The notes beneath the pieces were generated by a model. The model had not been told where the DNA came from. It was given only the letters and a program-made list of their open reading frames with translations, and searched no databases. Made by a program: the position numbers and the translations under genes. Source: Octopus sinensis (lineage: Eukaryota). Taken from it: DNA of 64,000 bases. Below are positions 11,701 to 23,512 of the stretch, one piece after another. The stretch is taken from positions 51,150,001 to 51,214,000 of the forward strand of contig NC_043008.1 in the NCBI RefSeq assembly GCF_006345805.1, given 5' to 3'. Numbering within the stretch: position 1 is the stretch's first letter; each line of letters begins with the position of its first letter.

Positions 11701-12190
11701 TATTTCTCAGACATATTCACCACATCCCGACCACTTACATTTTTTAAACAAAGGAATTCCCCAAATACTTGACCTAACGACTTCATGTCCAGCTATTGTC
11801 TAGCAACCTTTCTCTTCATTTCTTCACACAAGAACGCTAACTTATTACGTTTCGCCACTTAATACATACTGCTGTCGCCACACCTCAACTGATACACAAT
11901 CTGCAACTGATGCTACCTACCTGGACCAACCAAAATTAGTAATACAGTTTACAGCTCATATCTCCAAAATCTGACTATTTTGTTTCCAATTGAAAAGTGG
12001 GAATCTTTCCCGAAATATTATTGGATAATTAAACCTGCATAAGGTAACATAAAATGTTGACATTACCTTACATATTTTACCTGACACCTCACCTTTATAA
12101 CTCAAAGGTTTTTCAAACATATCGTTTATATATGTGCGTATATGTGTACGTACACGAATATGTATGTATATAAATTTGTACGTGTAAAAG

Positions 12191-12231
<41 letters not shown>

Positions 12232-12234
12232 TTC

Positions 12235-12380
12235 TCTCCTTTTTTTCTCTCCTTGTTTCTCTCCTTGTTTTCTCTGTGTCCCTTTCTGTAGAAGAGCGTA
12301 GGCTCGAAACGTTATACTAATACATCTGTTTGTTTTGTACACCAACTGTCTTCGTCTTTTGTTTTTTTGTAAACTATCCC
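12235..12380 (+). mobile_element. Second copy of the hammerhead-like Penelope-type short repeat (motif 12283-12314), internally deleted
   Basis: TTT CTGTAGA A GAGC GTAG GCTC GAAAC GTT A. The segment that follows in the 3380-3510 copy has been lost between GTTA microhomologies. Confidence 0.55.
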
Positions 12381-12401
12381 TATATATATATATATACAGT
12401 A

Positions 12402-12455
<54 letters not shown>

Positions 12456-12550
12456 AATAATGGATAGATACGATACATACATACATACAGCTATAGGTTT
12501 GGTGATACATACATGAAAAATTGAACTCAAAATATGAGTAAATACATATT

Positions 12551-12683
12551 TTTATTAGTATTTAGCAGAAGCAACAGAGTGACTCAATGGCCGAAAGCTT
12601 CGTGCTTTAGTATTTATCAAGTTCGATAATTGCTAACTCACGAAACTTGAGTCATTCTGATATTTCTGCTAAATATTAATAAA
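12551..12683. repeat. Imperfect palindrome (foldback/MITE-like)
   Basis: 37-bp arms TTTATTAGTATTTAGCAGAAGCAACAGAGTGACTCAA and TTGAGTCATTCTGATATTTCTGCTAAATATTAATAAA (about 5 mismatches), with further inner pairing TTCGTG..TTAG / CTAA..CACGAA. Confidence 0.8.
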
Positions 12684-12743
12684 GATAGAGACAGATATAG
12701 TGACATGCATACATGTCATGTAACATTTATGTGTGTGTGTCTG

Positions 12744-12774
<31 letters not shown>

Positions 12775-13529
12775 TTGTGTGTATATACGCGTGTGTGTGT
12801 GCGTTTGTGTTTGAGTTTGTAATCACGTGTGAGTACGTAATCAGAAAAAACGAGTTTCCTTTAAGCTGGTTAATTATTCGTCTTTCCTATCCTCTCTCAT
12901 CTCCCCCTTTTCAAACACACACACGCTGTCTCCTTCTCTCCTTTCTCTCCTACACACACTCTCTTACTATCAATCTCTCTCTCTCTCTCTCTCCCTCGCT
13001 TACTTTTCCCCTCCTTCTTCTCCTTCATGATATAATCTACTCTTACAACAAAGATTAATCACGCTCTTATTTATTCATTCATCACTCATCACTCTCACCG
13101 CATCCTCCTCCGCTTCTTTCGCTGTTATTCGTTAACCTATTTGTTTAATCTGTTAAAAATCTGCCCTAATTAACTCTATCGATATATCAGATACAGCTAT
13201 CAACACGAAATAGCATCTAAATGCAAAAACTACAGCAGTATTCAGAAGGATATTTTAACTTTCGGTTAATTAGTTATCAGATGACGTCTCAGCGCAGATC
13301 GCCGTCACAGTTTCTATCGCTGTTGTTGTTGTTATTATCATCGTTGTATAACTTTCAAGGCGTTCAAGCCAATGACCGTTCTAGCCATCTAATTTCCGGC
13401 CATAGCGTTCCAAGGACTACATTATCCAATATGTCCGCCCATTCTTTTTTTAGTCTTTTTTGTTTTTGTTTAGAAAAATATGCTAGTATATTTTATGATT
13501 TGATAGGAATCTGGCTGTTATTTTGAATC

Positions 13530-13740
13530 TAGGACATTTACCCTATCCCCATGGACAATATCCCCTCCCAAGGACAATTGCACCTGAGGACAAAACATGA
13601 TGATATAAAACTTCTTAATATATTGGAGAGGGGGTAATTAACCAAGCGGGGTAATTTTCCTACGAGGTAGTTGTCATCGGGGTGAACTGCCCTATGTGTG
13701 TCATTGTCCTGATACGGTTATTCTGATACGGTTATTCTAG
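13530..13740. repeat. Foldback-type element built of GGACAATT(N)CCC units and their inverted GGG(N)AATTGTCC counterparts
   Basis: Four GGACA(A/T)-initiated units (13532-13595) face several GGGTAATT / GTTGTC / ATTGTCC units (13630-13710). A 14-bp tandem duplication CTGATACGGTTATT lies at the right end. Confidence 0.55.
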
Positions 13741-13889
13741 GACTGAAAGACCATGTAGAGGCTCACTTCCCTTCCTGGGTCAAGGCAATTTACATACATG
13801 TTACAAAATGTGACTTTGAATCAGAGTATGTGACGCGAGGTGGGGTTGAACTCAAAATACGACGTTTCGAGCATGCCTAAAATAGCATG

Positions 13890-14530
13890 AGATTTAGACT
13901 ACACAAAAACAACCTTTTAATAGAAACTCGTAAGCTTACTAGACTAATTTAACTTTTTTTGGAAGAAATTCGTATGTTCTCTTGGCCAATTAAACAGTTT
14001 TCGGGAAAAGTTCTACAGACCAGTTGAATATAATTTTACTAGAAACCCGCGTGTTCTCAATGCTAAATAAAACAGCACTTTAGTAGTAAATCCAATGTTC
14101 GTTAAAACTCATTCTAAACAGTTTTGTGAAAAACTCGTACATTCTTTCTTATTTCTTTATGGCCCACAAGGGGCTAAACATAGAGGGGACAAACAAGGAC
14201 AGACAAAGGGATTAAGTTGATTATATCGACCCCAGTGCGTAACTAGTACTTAATTTATGGACCCCGAAAGGGTGAAAGGCAAAGTTGACCTCGGGGGAAT
14301 TTTAACTCAGAACGTAAAGACAGGCGAAATACCGCTAAGCATTTCGCCCGGCGTGCTAACGTTTCTGCAATCTCTCCAACTTCTTTCTACAATCTAAACA
14401 CCGTTTTAGTGGAAAATAAAACGTTCGCTTGACAAAACAAGGTTTTAGTAGAAACTCATTTGTTCTCTAGACTAGTTCAGTACAATTTTAGGAGAAACTC
14501 GGATGTTCTCCTGAATTGTTCAACAGAGAT
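13890..14530 (+). repeat. Degenerate minisatellite, unit about 43 bp, interrupted by a family A SINE
   Basis: The motif TTTTAGTAGAAACTCGTATGTTCTCTAGACTAA..AAACAG recurs roughly every 40-45 bp on both sides of the SINE at 14146-14370. Confidence 0.75.
14146..14370 (-). mobile_element. Family A SINE, tail type 1
   Basis: Near full-length reverse complement of 720-952. Confidence 0.9.
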
Positions 14531-14691
14531 TCGCGAAAAAATATAGCTTTGTAGACATATGGTTTAAGCTTCAGTCCCACGACACAGCAATTTGTGCAAG
14601 TATCTTCTATAGCTTCAAACCAAAAAATACCCTGAGAGTGAATTTCGCAGAGGCAACTGTGTGGTCGACCGTCGTGTGGAAGCCCATCGAG

Positions 14692-14951
14692 AGAAGGGGT
14701 AAGTCGATTACATGGACCCCAGTGTTCAACTGGGGGCTTATTTTATCGAACCCGAAAGGATGAAAAGCTAAGTCGACACCTCAGCGGAATTTGAACTCAG
14801 AACGTAAAGACAAGCGAAATGTGGCTAAGCATTCTGCCCAACGTGCTAACGAGTCTGCCAGATTACCGCCTTAATAACATCAACAACAAAAACAACAACG
14901 ACTATGATGATGATGATGATGATATGCAAGAAATATTCTCTTTTCGCTCAT
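14692..14951 (-). repeat. Family A SINE plus flank, copy 1 of a local duplication (copy 2 at 15772-16029)
   Basis: Both copies share private variants (TCGACACCTCAG, GAAATGTGG, TTACCGCC) and the non-SINE flank (AAC)n GACTA(TGA)n TATGCAAGAAATATTCT..TCG.TCATA. Confidence 0.8.
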
Positions 14952-15358
14952 ATATATATATATATATAATGTGTGTGTATGTGTGTGTATACTGATGTAA
15001 AACAGTGTCTTCATCTGCGTCCGTTTCTGTGATAAATTTTTTTTTTTAAATGTAATCTTTCCAATTCATGATACATAAGAATCGATGAATTAAACACCAG
15101 ACTAAGGTAATTGCAGACAATTTGATTTTTATCGATTAAAATCACTGACTGCAAACAGACCCTTCAGAAAGGTGGCCGCAGAGTAATGACTGCAACCAGT
15201 AAAAATATTCAAATAAAATGTTTAAAGAATTAAATTATATATACGGATGTACACATTTCAGCAAAAGCACTTCTGAGAATATTTTCACTTCGAAAACACA
15301 AAATACAAATATGTTGGAACAGATAGCAAAACAAAAGAAAACAGCAAAATCTAAGAGG

Positions 15359-15406
<48 letters not shown>

Positions 15407-15734
15407 ATGTCATGTTCATTTTCATAGTAAATACCAAATAGAAATATGGCGGACACACTTTATCGCGTCCGAGCGCTTCTGTGATATCATATCGATAGCT
15501 AAATACGTCAAGCAAGCCGTCTGGGAGACAAAACGGCTGCTGCGGTTGAAGTACAATTGACGCGGCAGTTTTATGTGGGGAGAGTTGGTTGTGAATTATG
15601 ATTGGTGATTGGTGAGTGGTCGAGGAAAACAAAATAATCATTGAAATTTTATTAGTGAATTATGACAGCAGCAAAAATCAAAAACCAACAAAAGCTTAAC
15701 AACAACGACAAATAATAATAATAATAATAATGAT

Positions 15735-15959
15735 AGCTTGAAATTTTGGCGCAAGTCCAGCAAGTTCAGGGGAAGGGGGTAAGTCGATTATTTTATCGAT
15801 CTCGAAAGAACGAAAGGCTAAATCGACACCTCAGTGGAATTTCAACTCAAAACATAAAGACAGACGAAATGTGGTTAAGCATTTTGCCCAGCGTGCTAAC
15901 GATTCTGTCTGCTTACCGCCTTAACAACAACAAAAACAAAATAAACAACGACGACGACT

Positions 15960-15990
<31 letters not shown>

Positions 15991-16029
15991 CGATGACGAT
16001 ATGCAAGAAATATTCTATTGTCGGTCATA
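15735..16029 (-). repeat. Family A SINE plus flank, copy 2 of the local duplication
   Basis: See 14692-14951. This copy retains the type-2 tail and has an internal deletion. Confidence 0.8.
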
Positions 16030-16439
16030 AATGTCAAATCTTATCCACTCACTAAAATAAGAGAGAAAAGCATAAAAACAAGGCAAACTCACACATCGTA
16101 AACCAAATGGATCTCCACCAGTTTCGACAGTGACTCAGCTTTCAGTTGTTCGGTCAGCTGGATCTCCTACGCATTGAAATGTCGTCTATGTGGCCGAGTA
16201 TTCCACATACACGTGCAGGTTTAACGTAGCTTTCAAGTCGGAATTAGTGCGAGAAGATGGTGCATGATAAATGTTGGGAGCTCGAATTACGAGCAGAATA
16301 CATTTGATGCTCATCCCGGTTTCTGGGAGCGAACTTGGGACCAGGTGGCCCCCAAACGAGCTTCTCGAACTTTCAGTTATGCGGCTTCAGTGTAGTTTCC
16401 CTTCCTGTCCCACACATGCATATGTTTATATATTATTTT

Positions 16440-16830
16440 ATTCTTTTAGAGCTTTCATTCATTTCACTGCGGCCTTGCTGGAGCACCTTCTTCAAGGGAT
16501 TTAGTCGACGCCAGAACTTTTTTTTAAAACCTAGTACTTATTTTGTGGGTCTCTTTTGCCGAACCGCTAAATTACGGGTACGTAAACACACCAACTTCGA
16601 TTACAAAGCGGTGATGGAGGGACAAACATAGACACAAAAGTATACACATATAGGTATACGTATACACGACGAGCTTCTTTCAGTTTCCGTCTACCAAACC
16701 CACTCACGAGGCGTTGGTCTACCCGAGGTTATGATAGAAAACACTTAACCAGGTGCCACGCAATGAGTCTGAACCCAGAACCATGTGGTTCGGAAGCAAA
16801 TTTCTTAGCACACAGCCACATCTGCGCCTA
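16440..16830 (-). mobile_element. Full-length family B SINE
   Basis: Reverse complement of 61419-61841 (head ..AGGCGCAGATGTGGCTGTGTG; body CCGAACCGCTAA; tail TTTCATTCATTTCACTGCGGCC). Confidence 0.85.
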
Positions 16831-17037
16831 GAGAGAGAGGGGAAGTGGGGTACAAACACACGCATTCTCTCTCACACACAGTTATACCTAAACATAGCCT
16901 CAGCTTCGAATAAATAGGATTATATCTGTGCACTTAATAGGTATATAAACATACATATACACATGTACAAATATACAAACACATATATATGCATATGTGC
17001 CTATACACATATATATATATATGTATGTATATATATG

Positions 17038-17145
<108 letters not shown>

Positions 17146-17673
17146 TATATATATATGCCTATATGTATAAAGAAAAAGCCATACTACCATATTGCACTAT
17201 TTAATATTTTTCTTAATATATATATACGTGAAAACATACAAACACATAGATGTATACATAAACGTAAATATATATGTATACGGATACGCACACACGCATG
17301 CATATATATATATACATATATATACACATTCACAAACGCATGTATATACACACATCATACACATACACACACAGATACATATATACACATATACACACGT
17401 TGCTGCCATCCATTTCTTAATAGTCCCCCTATTCTGTCCTGTTTATTCTCTGCGTCCTTCTTCAAGTCAATTTCATCTGTTTACGGAGAATGAGTCTTAA
17501 TTATGATATTTCTGCTTTCCAATCGTATTGAATTCGCTGAACGGTCCTTGAAAACAATTCAGCAGGCTACTACACACTCTTTGTGTCAAACCACCTTACA
17601 TATATACATACATACATACATACATACATACACATATATATATGTATATATATATATATGTATATATATATAT

Positions 17674-17705
<32 letters not shown>

Positions 17706-17798
17706 CATATATATATATATACATATATATATATGCATATGTATATGTATATATCTATATCTATCATCTATCTATCTACCTATCTATCTATCTATCTA

Positions 17799-17841
<43 letters not shown>

Positions 17842-17930
17842 TTATTTATATATATATATATACATATATATACATATATACATATATATATATACATATG
17901 TATATGTATATATCTATATATATCTATCTG

Positions 17931-17978
<48 letters not shown>

Positions 17979-17995
17979 CCTATCTATCTATCTAC

Positions 17996-18101
<106 letters not shown>

Positions 18102-18389
18102 ATATGTACATATACTTCTGGCTTTCGTTCAAGATGGACTAAACTGAACTGCACTGAATAACGAAGAATGTGAGAAATTGTTGATACGAAATCTGGCATT
18201 CAAATATTGTATCATTCTTTGATGTTTCCGTTGTCGAATAGAGCAGCGTGTAAACAAGCTAACCCTTTCTGTACCGATCCATCATGTCTGTAACTGCCTC
18301 GGTGTTTGAAATATGTTCATCATTGGTTTTTAAAGAGGTTTCTGCGTAAATCGGAACCTTCTGTCATAAATTTTAAGTAAGAATTATTG

Positions 18390-18567
18390 GTCATCTTACA
18401 CCAAAATACTTTGTCTATTCAACTAGAAACCGATTCTTCTAAAAATTTCGGTGTCTTCGATGCACCAACCAGCGACTCCAGGTCTGTGTTTGGATTACCT
18501 TAATCTTCAGTTTGTTAATACGCACTTTGACCAAACCAGTAAATCATCTTTCTTTATGTAAAAGTGT
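18390..18567 (+). repeat. Direct repeat, copy 1 (178 bp), immediately 5' of a family B SINE
   Basis: GTCATCTTACACCAAAATACTTTG...CTTTATGTAAAAGTGT, repeated at 18961-19139 with about 90% identity by eye. Confidence 0.95.
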
Positions 18568-18570
18568 TCA

Positions 18571-18960
18571 TGTAGCAGTGGCTGTGTGGTAAGTAGCTGC
18601 TTATCAACCACATGGTTCCGGGTTCTGTCCCACTGCGTGGTATCTTGGCCAAGTGTCTTCTACTATGACCTCGAGCCGGTTAAAGCCTTGCGAGTGGATT
18701 TGGTAGACGTAAACTGAAAGAAGCGAGTCGTATATATGTATACATATATGTGTGTGTCTGTTTGTTACCCAACATCGCTTAACAACTGATGCTGGTGTGT
18801 TTACGTCCCCGTAAATTAGCGGTTCGGCAAAAGAGACACGCTAGAATAAATTCTAGGCTTACAAAGAATAAGTCCTCGGGTCGATTTGCTCGATTAAAGG
18901 CGGTGCTACAGCATGGCCACAGTCAAATGACTGAAACAAGTAAAAGATAAAACAGAAAGA
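18571..18960 (+). mobile_element. Full-length family B SINE (tRNA-derived, CORE-like, with an internal TA/TG microsatellite; octopus OR-like)
   Basis: Head GTGGCTGTGTGGTAAGTAGC, B-box-like GGGTTCTGTCCC, CTTGGCCAAGTGTCTT core, and tail GACTGAAACAAGTAAAAGATAAAACAGAAAGA. Confidence 0.9.
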
Positions 18961-19139
18961 GTCATCTTACACCAAAATACTTTGTCTATCCAAGTAGAAA
19001 CCGATTCTTCTAAAAATTTCGATGTCTTCGATGCAGCAACCAGCGACTCGAGGACTGTGTTTGGATTACCTTAACCTTCAGTTTGTTAATAGGCACATTG
19101 TGGGAAACCAGTACATCATCGTTCTTTATGTAAAAGTGT
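18961..19139 (+). repeat. Direct repeat, copy 2 (179 bp), immediately 3' of the SINE tail
   Basis: Starts exactly after the SINE tail and is colinear with 18390-18567. Confidence 0.95.
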
Positions 19140-19149
19140 GCACTTATGT

Positions 19150-19490
19150 TCTGTGCACTTGGCTAGTTATAATTTGAACAAGGACGGATTTACAAAGTCA
19201 ATATGTTTATGTGAAATTCTGTTTCAGACATTTTTAATGGTGCAACAGGGTTCTCGGATGAATCGTAAAGCATTGATCAATGCCAAGAGAAATAACACCT
19301 TTTCAAATCGCAAAAATCATTTGTGAAATTTCCGAAGACGTAGAGAACTGTGAAAGCTTGTACAAGCTCATTTTACAAGAAAGACTGCAGCCGCATTGTT
19401 TTGCCACAAAATTTGTGCTGTGTCTGCTTAGAAATGAACAAAGGAAAAACCGAATTACTGTTAGGCAGCAGATATGTTGAAGTTGCTACT
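19150..19490 (+). mobile_element. Mariner transposase N-terminal remnant
   Basis: ICEISEDVENCESLYKLILQERLQPHCFATKFVLCLLRNEQRKNRITVRQQI resembles the mariner second HTH plus the WVPR-type linker (EIAE.VGIS.GS...IL.E.L.M..VAAKFVPRLL..EQK.NRV). Confidence 0.7.
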
Positions 19491-20494
19491 TCGCTAATAA
19501 AGACAGAATATAAAGTAAACGTGTCTAGAGTTGTCTCCCATGCTTGACAGCGAAAGGAAAATAATTTTAGTTATCAATTAATATTATTTCTTTGTTACAG
19601 CCTGATCAGTCAGAACTAGGATTAATGACTATCCAATTGTGGCCAACTCAACTTATTTCCAGATCTCAAGTGACTGAAACGTCCTTGTCCTTGTATTTTG
19701 TAAAGACAACAAGGTGTTATTTGTTAGACATTAATTGGTATTTCCAGCAGATTTATGACCACGGACTGGTACCCTCGTTGTCTTGAAAGGGTATTTTGTT
19801 GTTTCGTTCTTATTTGAATAACGAATAGGACACATGAGAAAGAAAATAACAATTTAGATTTCCGATAATACACTAGATGAAAAGAGAATTTGAAAACCCT
19901 AAAGAAGTCAATGGAATTAATATTCTAACAGTTTTACCAAAGTAACTGCGATATTTTCAGAGTGACTTTGAAAATGATAAGTTTTGTTGCATGCTTATAA
20001 GTGCAAGATTCAGAACCATCAAATTCATTTAAATAAATAGAAAATGTGTGTGTGTGTGTGTGTGTGTGTGAGACTGACATCTTATCTTATCGCTGTCCTC
20101 CACCCCACTAAAATGATGAAAGGCAAAGTTGACATCAGCAGGATCTGAACTCAGAATGCAAAGAGCCGGAGCAAATACCACTACAGATATCTCGTCCATG
20201 GTTCTTACATTTCCAGCAATCAAATGGCCTGGATTGCTATTATTTCGATGAAAGACAAAAATGACCTCAGCTCTATTTGAACTTTGAGCGCCGAGTCTCA
20301 CAACAAATATTGTGATCTATTCCATCAGTCGGTGTAACGGTTGATTTAATTCACCCTCAAACCCTCAAAATGTTCTGATATAAAATTTCGCCAAGGTGCC
20401 GATAGTGAGGGTTAGGTAACCCATCCGGACAAGGACGTACTCAGTGTCACTCCTACCCGCTATTACCTATTGTGAAACGGGTGGGGGATTAGTC

Positions 20495-20737
20495 CACATC
20501 ACTCTGTAAGGAGAATAGGACTGGTTTCCCTTTCCCGGTTCCTCTGGCGTATGTGTCCCTCCCTAGATGGGACGCCGGTCCATCGCAGGATTTCTCGTTT
20601 TTTACCCGCTGAGTAGACTGAAGCAACGTGAAATGAGGTCATTTGCTCAAGGACACAAAACATCGCCTGATCCAGGAATCGAAACCGCAATCTTACGATA
20701 ATGGGTCCAACACTTAAACCACCAAGCCATGCATCTC
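20495..20737 (-). mobile_element. Family C SINE
   Basis: Reverse complement matches 6059-6299 (GGTTTCGATTCCTGGA, TGTGTCCTTGAGCAAA, CATTTCACGTTGCT). Confidence 0.85.
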
Positions 20738-21589
20738 TACCCTATCGTGAATGGGAAGTCTAAAACAAGCACAGATAACTCGGTAATGACATGCCGAGGC
20801 TTTCGTCCAACAATCGATCGCCAATAGATAAAAGGAGTGGACATCAATGGAACTGGTTAAAATGCTGCAAGGGGAATGAAATCAAAAACGTTGCATAACA
20901 AGATATTAGAATAAATGACATAACGTTAATATACTCGGCAATCAGTGTTCGTTTGTTTATATCTCTATAACAGAATAAACCAGTTGTAGATTTTTAAAAA
21001 AATAGTACTGGGATCGATTACCGGCTAAGGTGATGCCCCAGCATGACCACAAACCACCTACGGAAGCAAAAACATGGTCATAGATAAATGATATGTATGT
21101 GTTCCCATAATTAATGTGAATTTCTATTTTAGACCCGAGTCCAGCAATTTTGAGCGAAAGGTGTAGTCAAATATGACTAAATACCAGCGACCCTAGTACT
21201 TGACTTGTATATATTTTATTGAACACGGAGAAATGAAAGGCAAAGTTGACCTTGGCGAGGTTTGAACTTAAAATATTAACAAGCGGAAGAAATGAAGATA
21301 CACTTCTCCGAAGCTGAAACTTATAAAACCCTTGGTCGAACATTATCTGTCTATGAGTGTTAAATAGGGGGCATAAACTTTGCTGACCGAGAATAAAAGT
21401 TGATGTTCAATACAATATAATATAAAAGAGCTCTGTAGATTAGATGGGCGATATATAGAATGGATGATTCAATCCTGAAGAGAGAGAGGGGGGAGAGGGA
21501 GAGAGAGAGAGAGAAGCTGCAAACGATGATCAGACGTGGAGAAATATTTTGGCCTCATAGCTTATATCTCATGGTTTATATCTCATGGC

Positions 21590-21790
21590 TTATATCTTCT
21601 GCGCTCGAATCCCCGGGGTGATGGGTTGACGAAAAGGGGCTTGTGAGTGACAAAGAAGAAGATGAAACAACGACATCGAAAAGATGGTGATGGTCAGGGT
21701 GATTTGTACAGCTGTAGCATGAGACCGCAGTGTGTGGTGACGACGAGTGGTAGTCATATCTGGAACATCTGACCTATAGTCACTAGACTG
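21590..21790 (+). mobile_element. RTE-like LINE 3' end remnant
   Basis: Plus strand gives QRRR*NNDIEKM...CTAVA*DRSVW*RRVV, resembling the GRQRRRW.DDI....AQDR..WR C-terminus of RTE ORF2. Confidence 0.5.
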
Positions 21791-22384
21791 GAGATACTCA
21801 TTCATATTGGCATGTACTTATGTAACATGTATGTATGTATGCATGTAAAGATGTATGTTACTATAGAATCAAACCGGAAGAGGCGACGCTTTTCGTCCAA
21901 TGATAATCGCTTGTTAAGTTACATCTATTTACTCGTTAATTATAATATAAAGCAATTTACTGAGATTAAAATCTAAAAACTGCTGCAACTTCAACAGAAC
22001 TTAGCAATGGCGGCAGCGTTGGTGTTAGCAACATAAACTTTTAAAAGAAATTTTTGGTAAAACTCCAGGACTTTAGCCGGACATATCAATTATTATTAAC
22101 TTTTGCCGCTAAGGCGGGCTGTTTGCGGAGTTGTTAGAGTGTCGTAAAACATGTGTTGTAGTATTTTTTTCTAGCCGTTGCCTTCTAAGAAGTCGACTTA
22201 GACTTTCGTCTTTGCAAAATCGATAAAAATGAGTACCAGGTGAGCACTGGGATCCATGTAAGCGACCTTTTACTAACACTGCTGATCTTGTGTTAAAATT
22301 TGAACACATTACTGTTCGTCTTATTATTGTTTTAGCACCAGGTCAAACCTGATTCTGTAGGCCATTTAGCCAATCGAAGCCTTT

Positions 22385-23320
22385 GTGTACCTAGGACTAC
22401 AATTCCCATTGTAGTCCTAGAATCGCATTTCATAGTGAATCTAGTTTGATCGCATATCTAGAACTGGATTTTACAATATACCTAAAAGAGCATATCGCAA
22501 TGTTCCTAGAACCACACTTCATGTTATACGTAGAAGCATATTTCAGAAAGTAGTTAGGGCCACATGTCACAGTACATCTTGAAACAGATTTCACTGTATA
22601 TTTAAGTTTATATTTCACAATATATCCAGAACCAAATTTTCCAGGGTATCAGACTTATTTAATTTTATTCATAGAAGCGCATTTCATTGTATATCAGGGA
22701 GCACATTTCACTGTGAATCTAGATCCATATTTCACATCATATCTCGTACTGTATTTCACAATATATCACGAACCACAGCTCACAGAGTACTATGACCACA
22801 TTTCACAGTATACAAGATCACATTTCATGGTGGATCTAAGACCACATTTTACAATGTAATACGACCACATGTCAGTGGATATAGGACCACATTTCATATT
22901 ATACATAGAAACACATTTAACAGTGTACTAGACCGACATTTCACACCGTATCTCGAACCATATTTGAATCGTAGTTCATCATGAAACAAAGAGAATATTT
23001 CACAATATATCTAGAACCCCACTTAGCAGTGTACAACAGACAACATTTCATAGTGTATTCTGCTGTATGTTCGACTACATTTCACAATGTACCTAGAACA
23101 AAATTTCACAATGTACCATGGGCCACATTTTACATAGTATCTAGGGCTGTAATTCATAGTGTCACAATCCAGCTAGAATCACATATCATAGAGTGTCTAA
23201 GATAAAATTTCTGAATGTACCTTGATTCACGATTTAAAATATACATAGTACCATCTTTCACAGTGAAAATGGAATCAAATTTTACGGAGCATCTTAGACT
23301 AAAACTTTCCAATGTATATT
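22385..23320 (+). repeat. Degenerate 24-bp minisatellite (consensus about TATCTAGAACCACATTTCACAGTG), roughly 35-40 units
   Basis: CTAGA/CTAGG..CACATTTCA(C/T)A recurs at a spacing of about 22-24 bp. The array opens with a perfect 13-bp inverted repeat at 22391-22420. Confidence 0.85.
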
Positions 23321-23512
23321 TCTTTATTAAAATATTTTCGGATCTCGAAGCAGAGAAAGATATTGGTTATAGCACTCTCTATTTCGAGATCCCTCTTTTC
23401 AAAAAAGAATTCTTTAGGTACTTCGGAATTATATAAACTCCTATGAAGTGGTATGATTGTTTTGAAGAAGAACTGGTTGCTAATTATAGAAGGTCACAGG
23501 ACTGCCAATAGG

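Noticed and set aside
22385-23320. CRISPR-like periodicity (also 13890-14530)
   Set aside because: Units are contiguous and degenerate with no unique spacers, there are no cas genes, and the context is eukaryotic.
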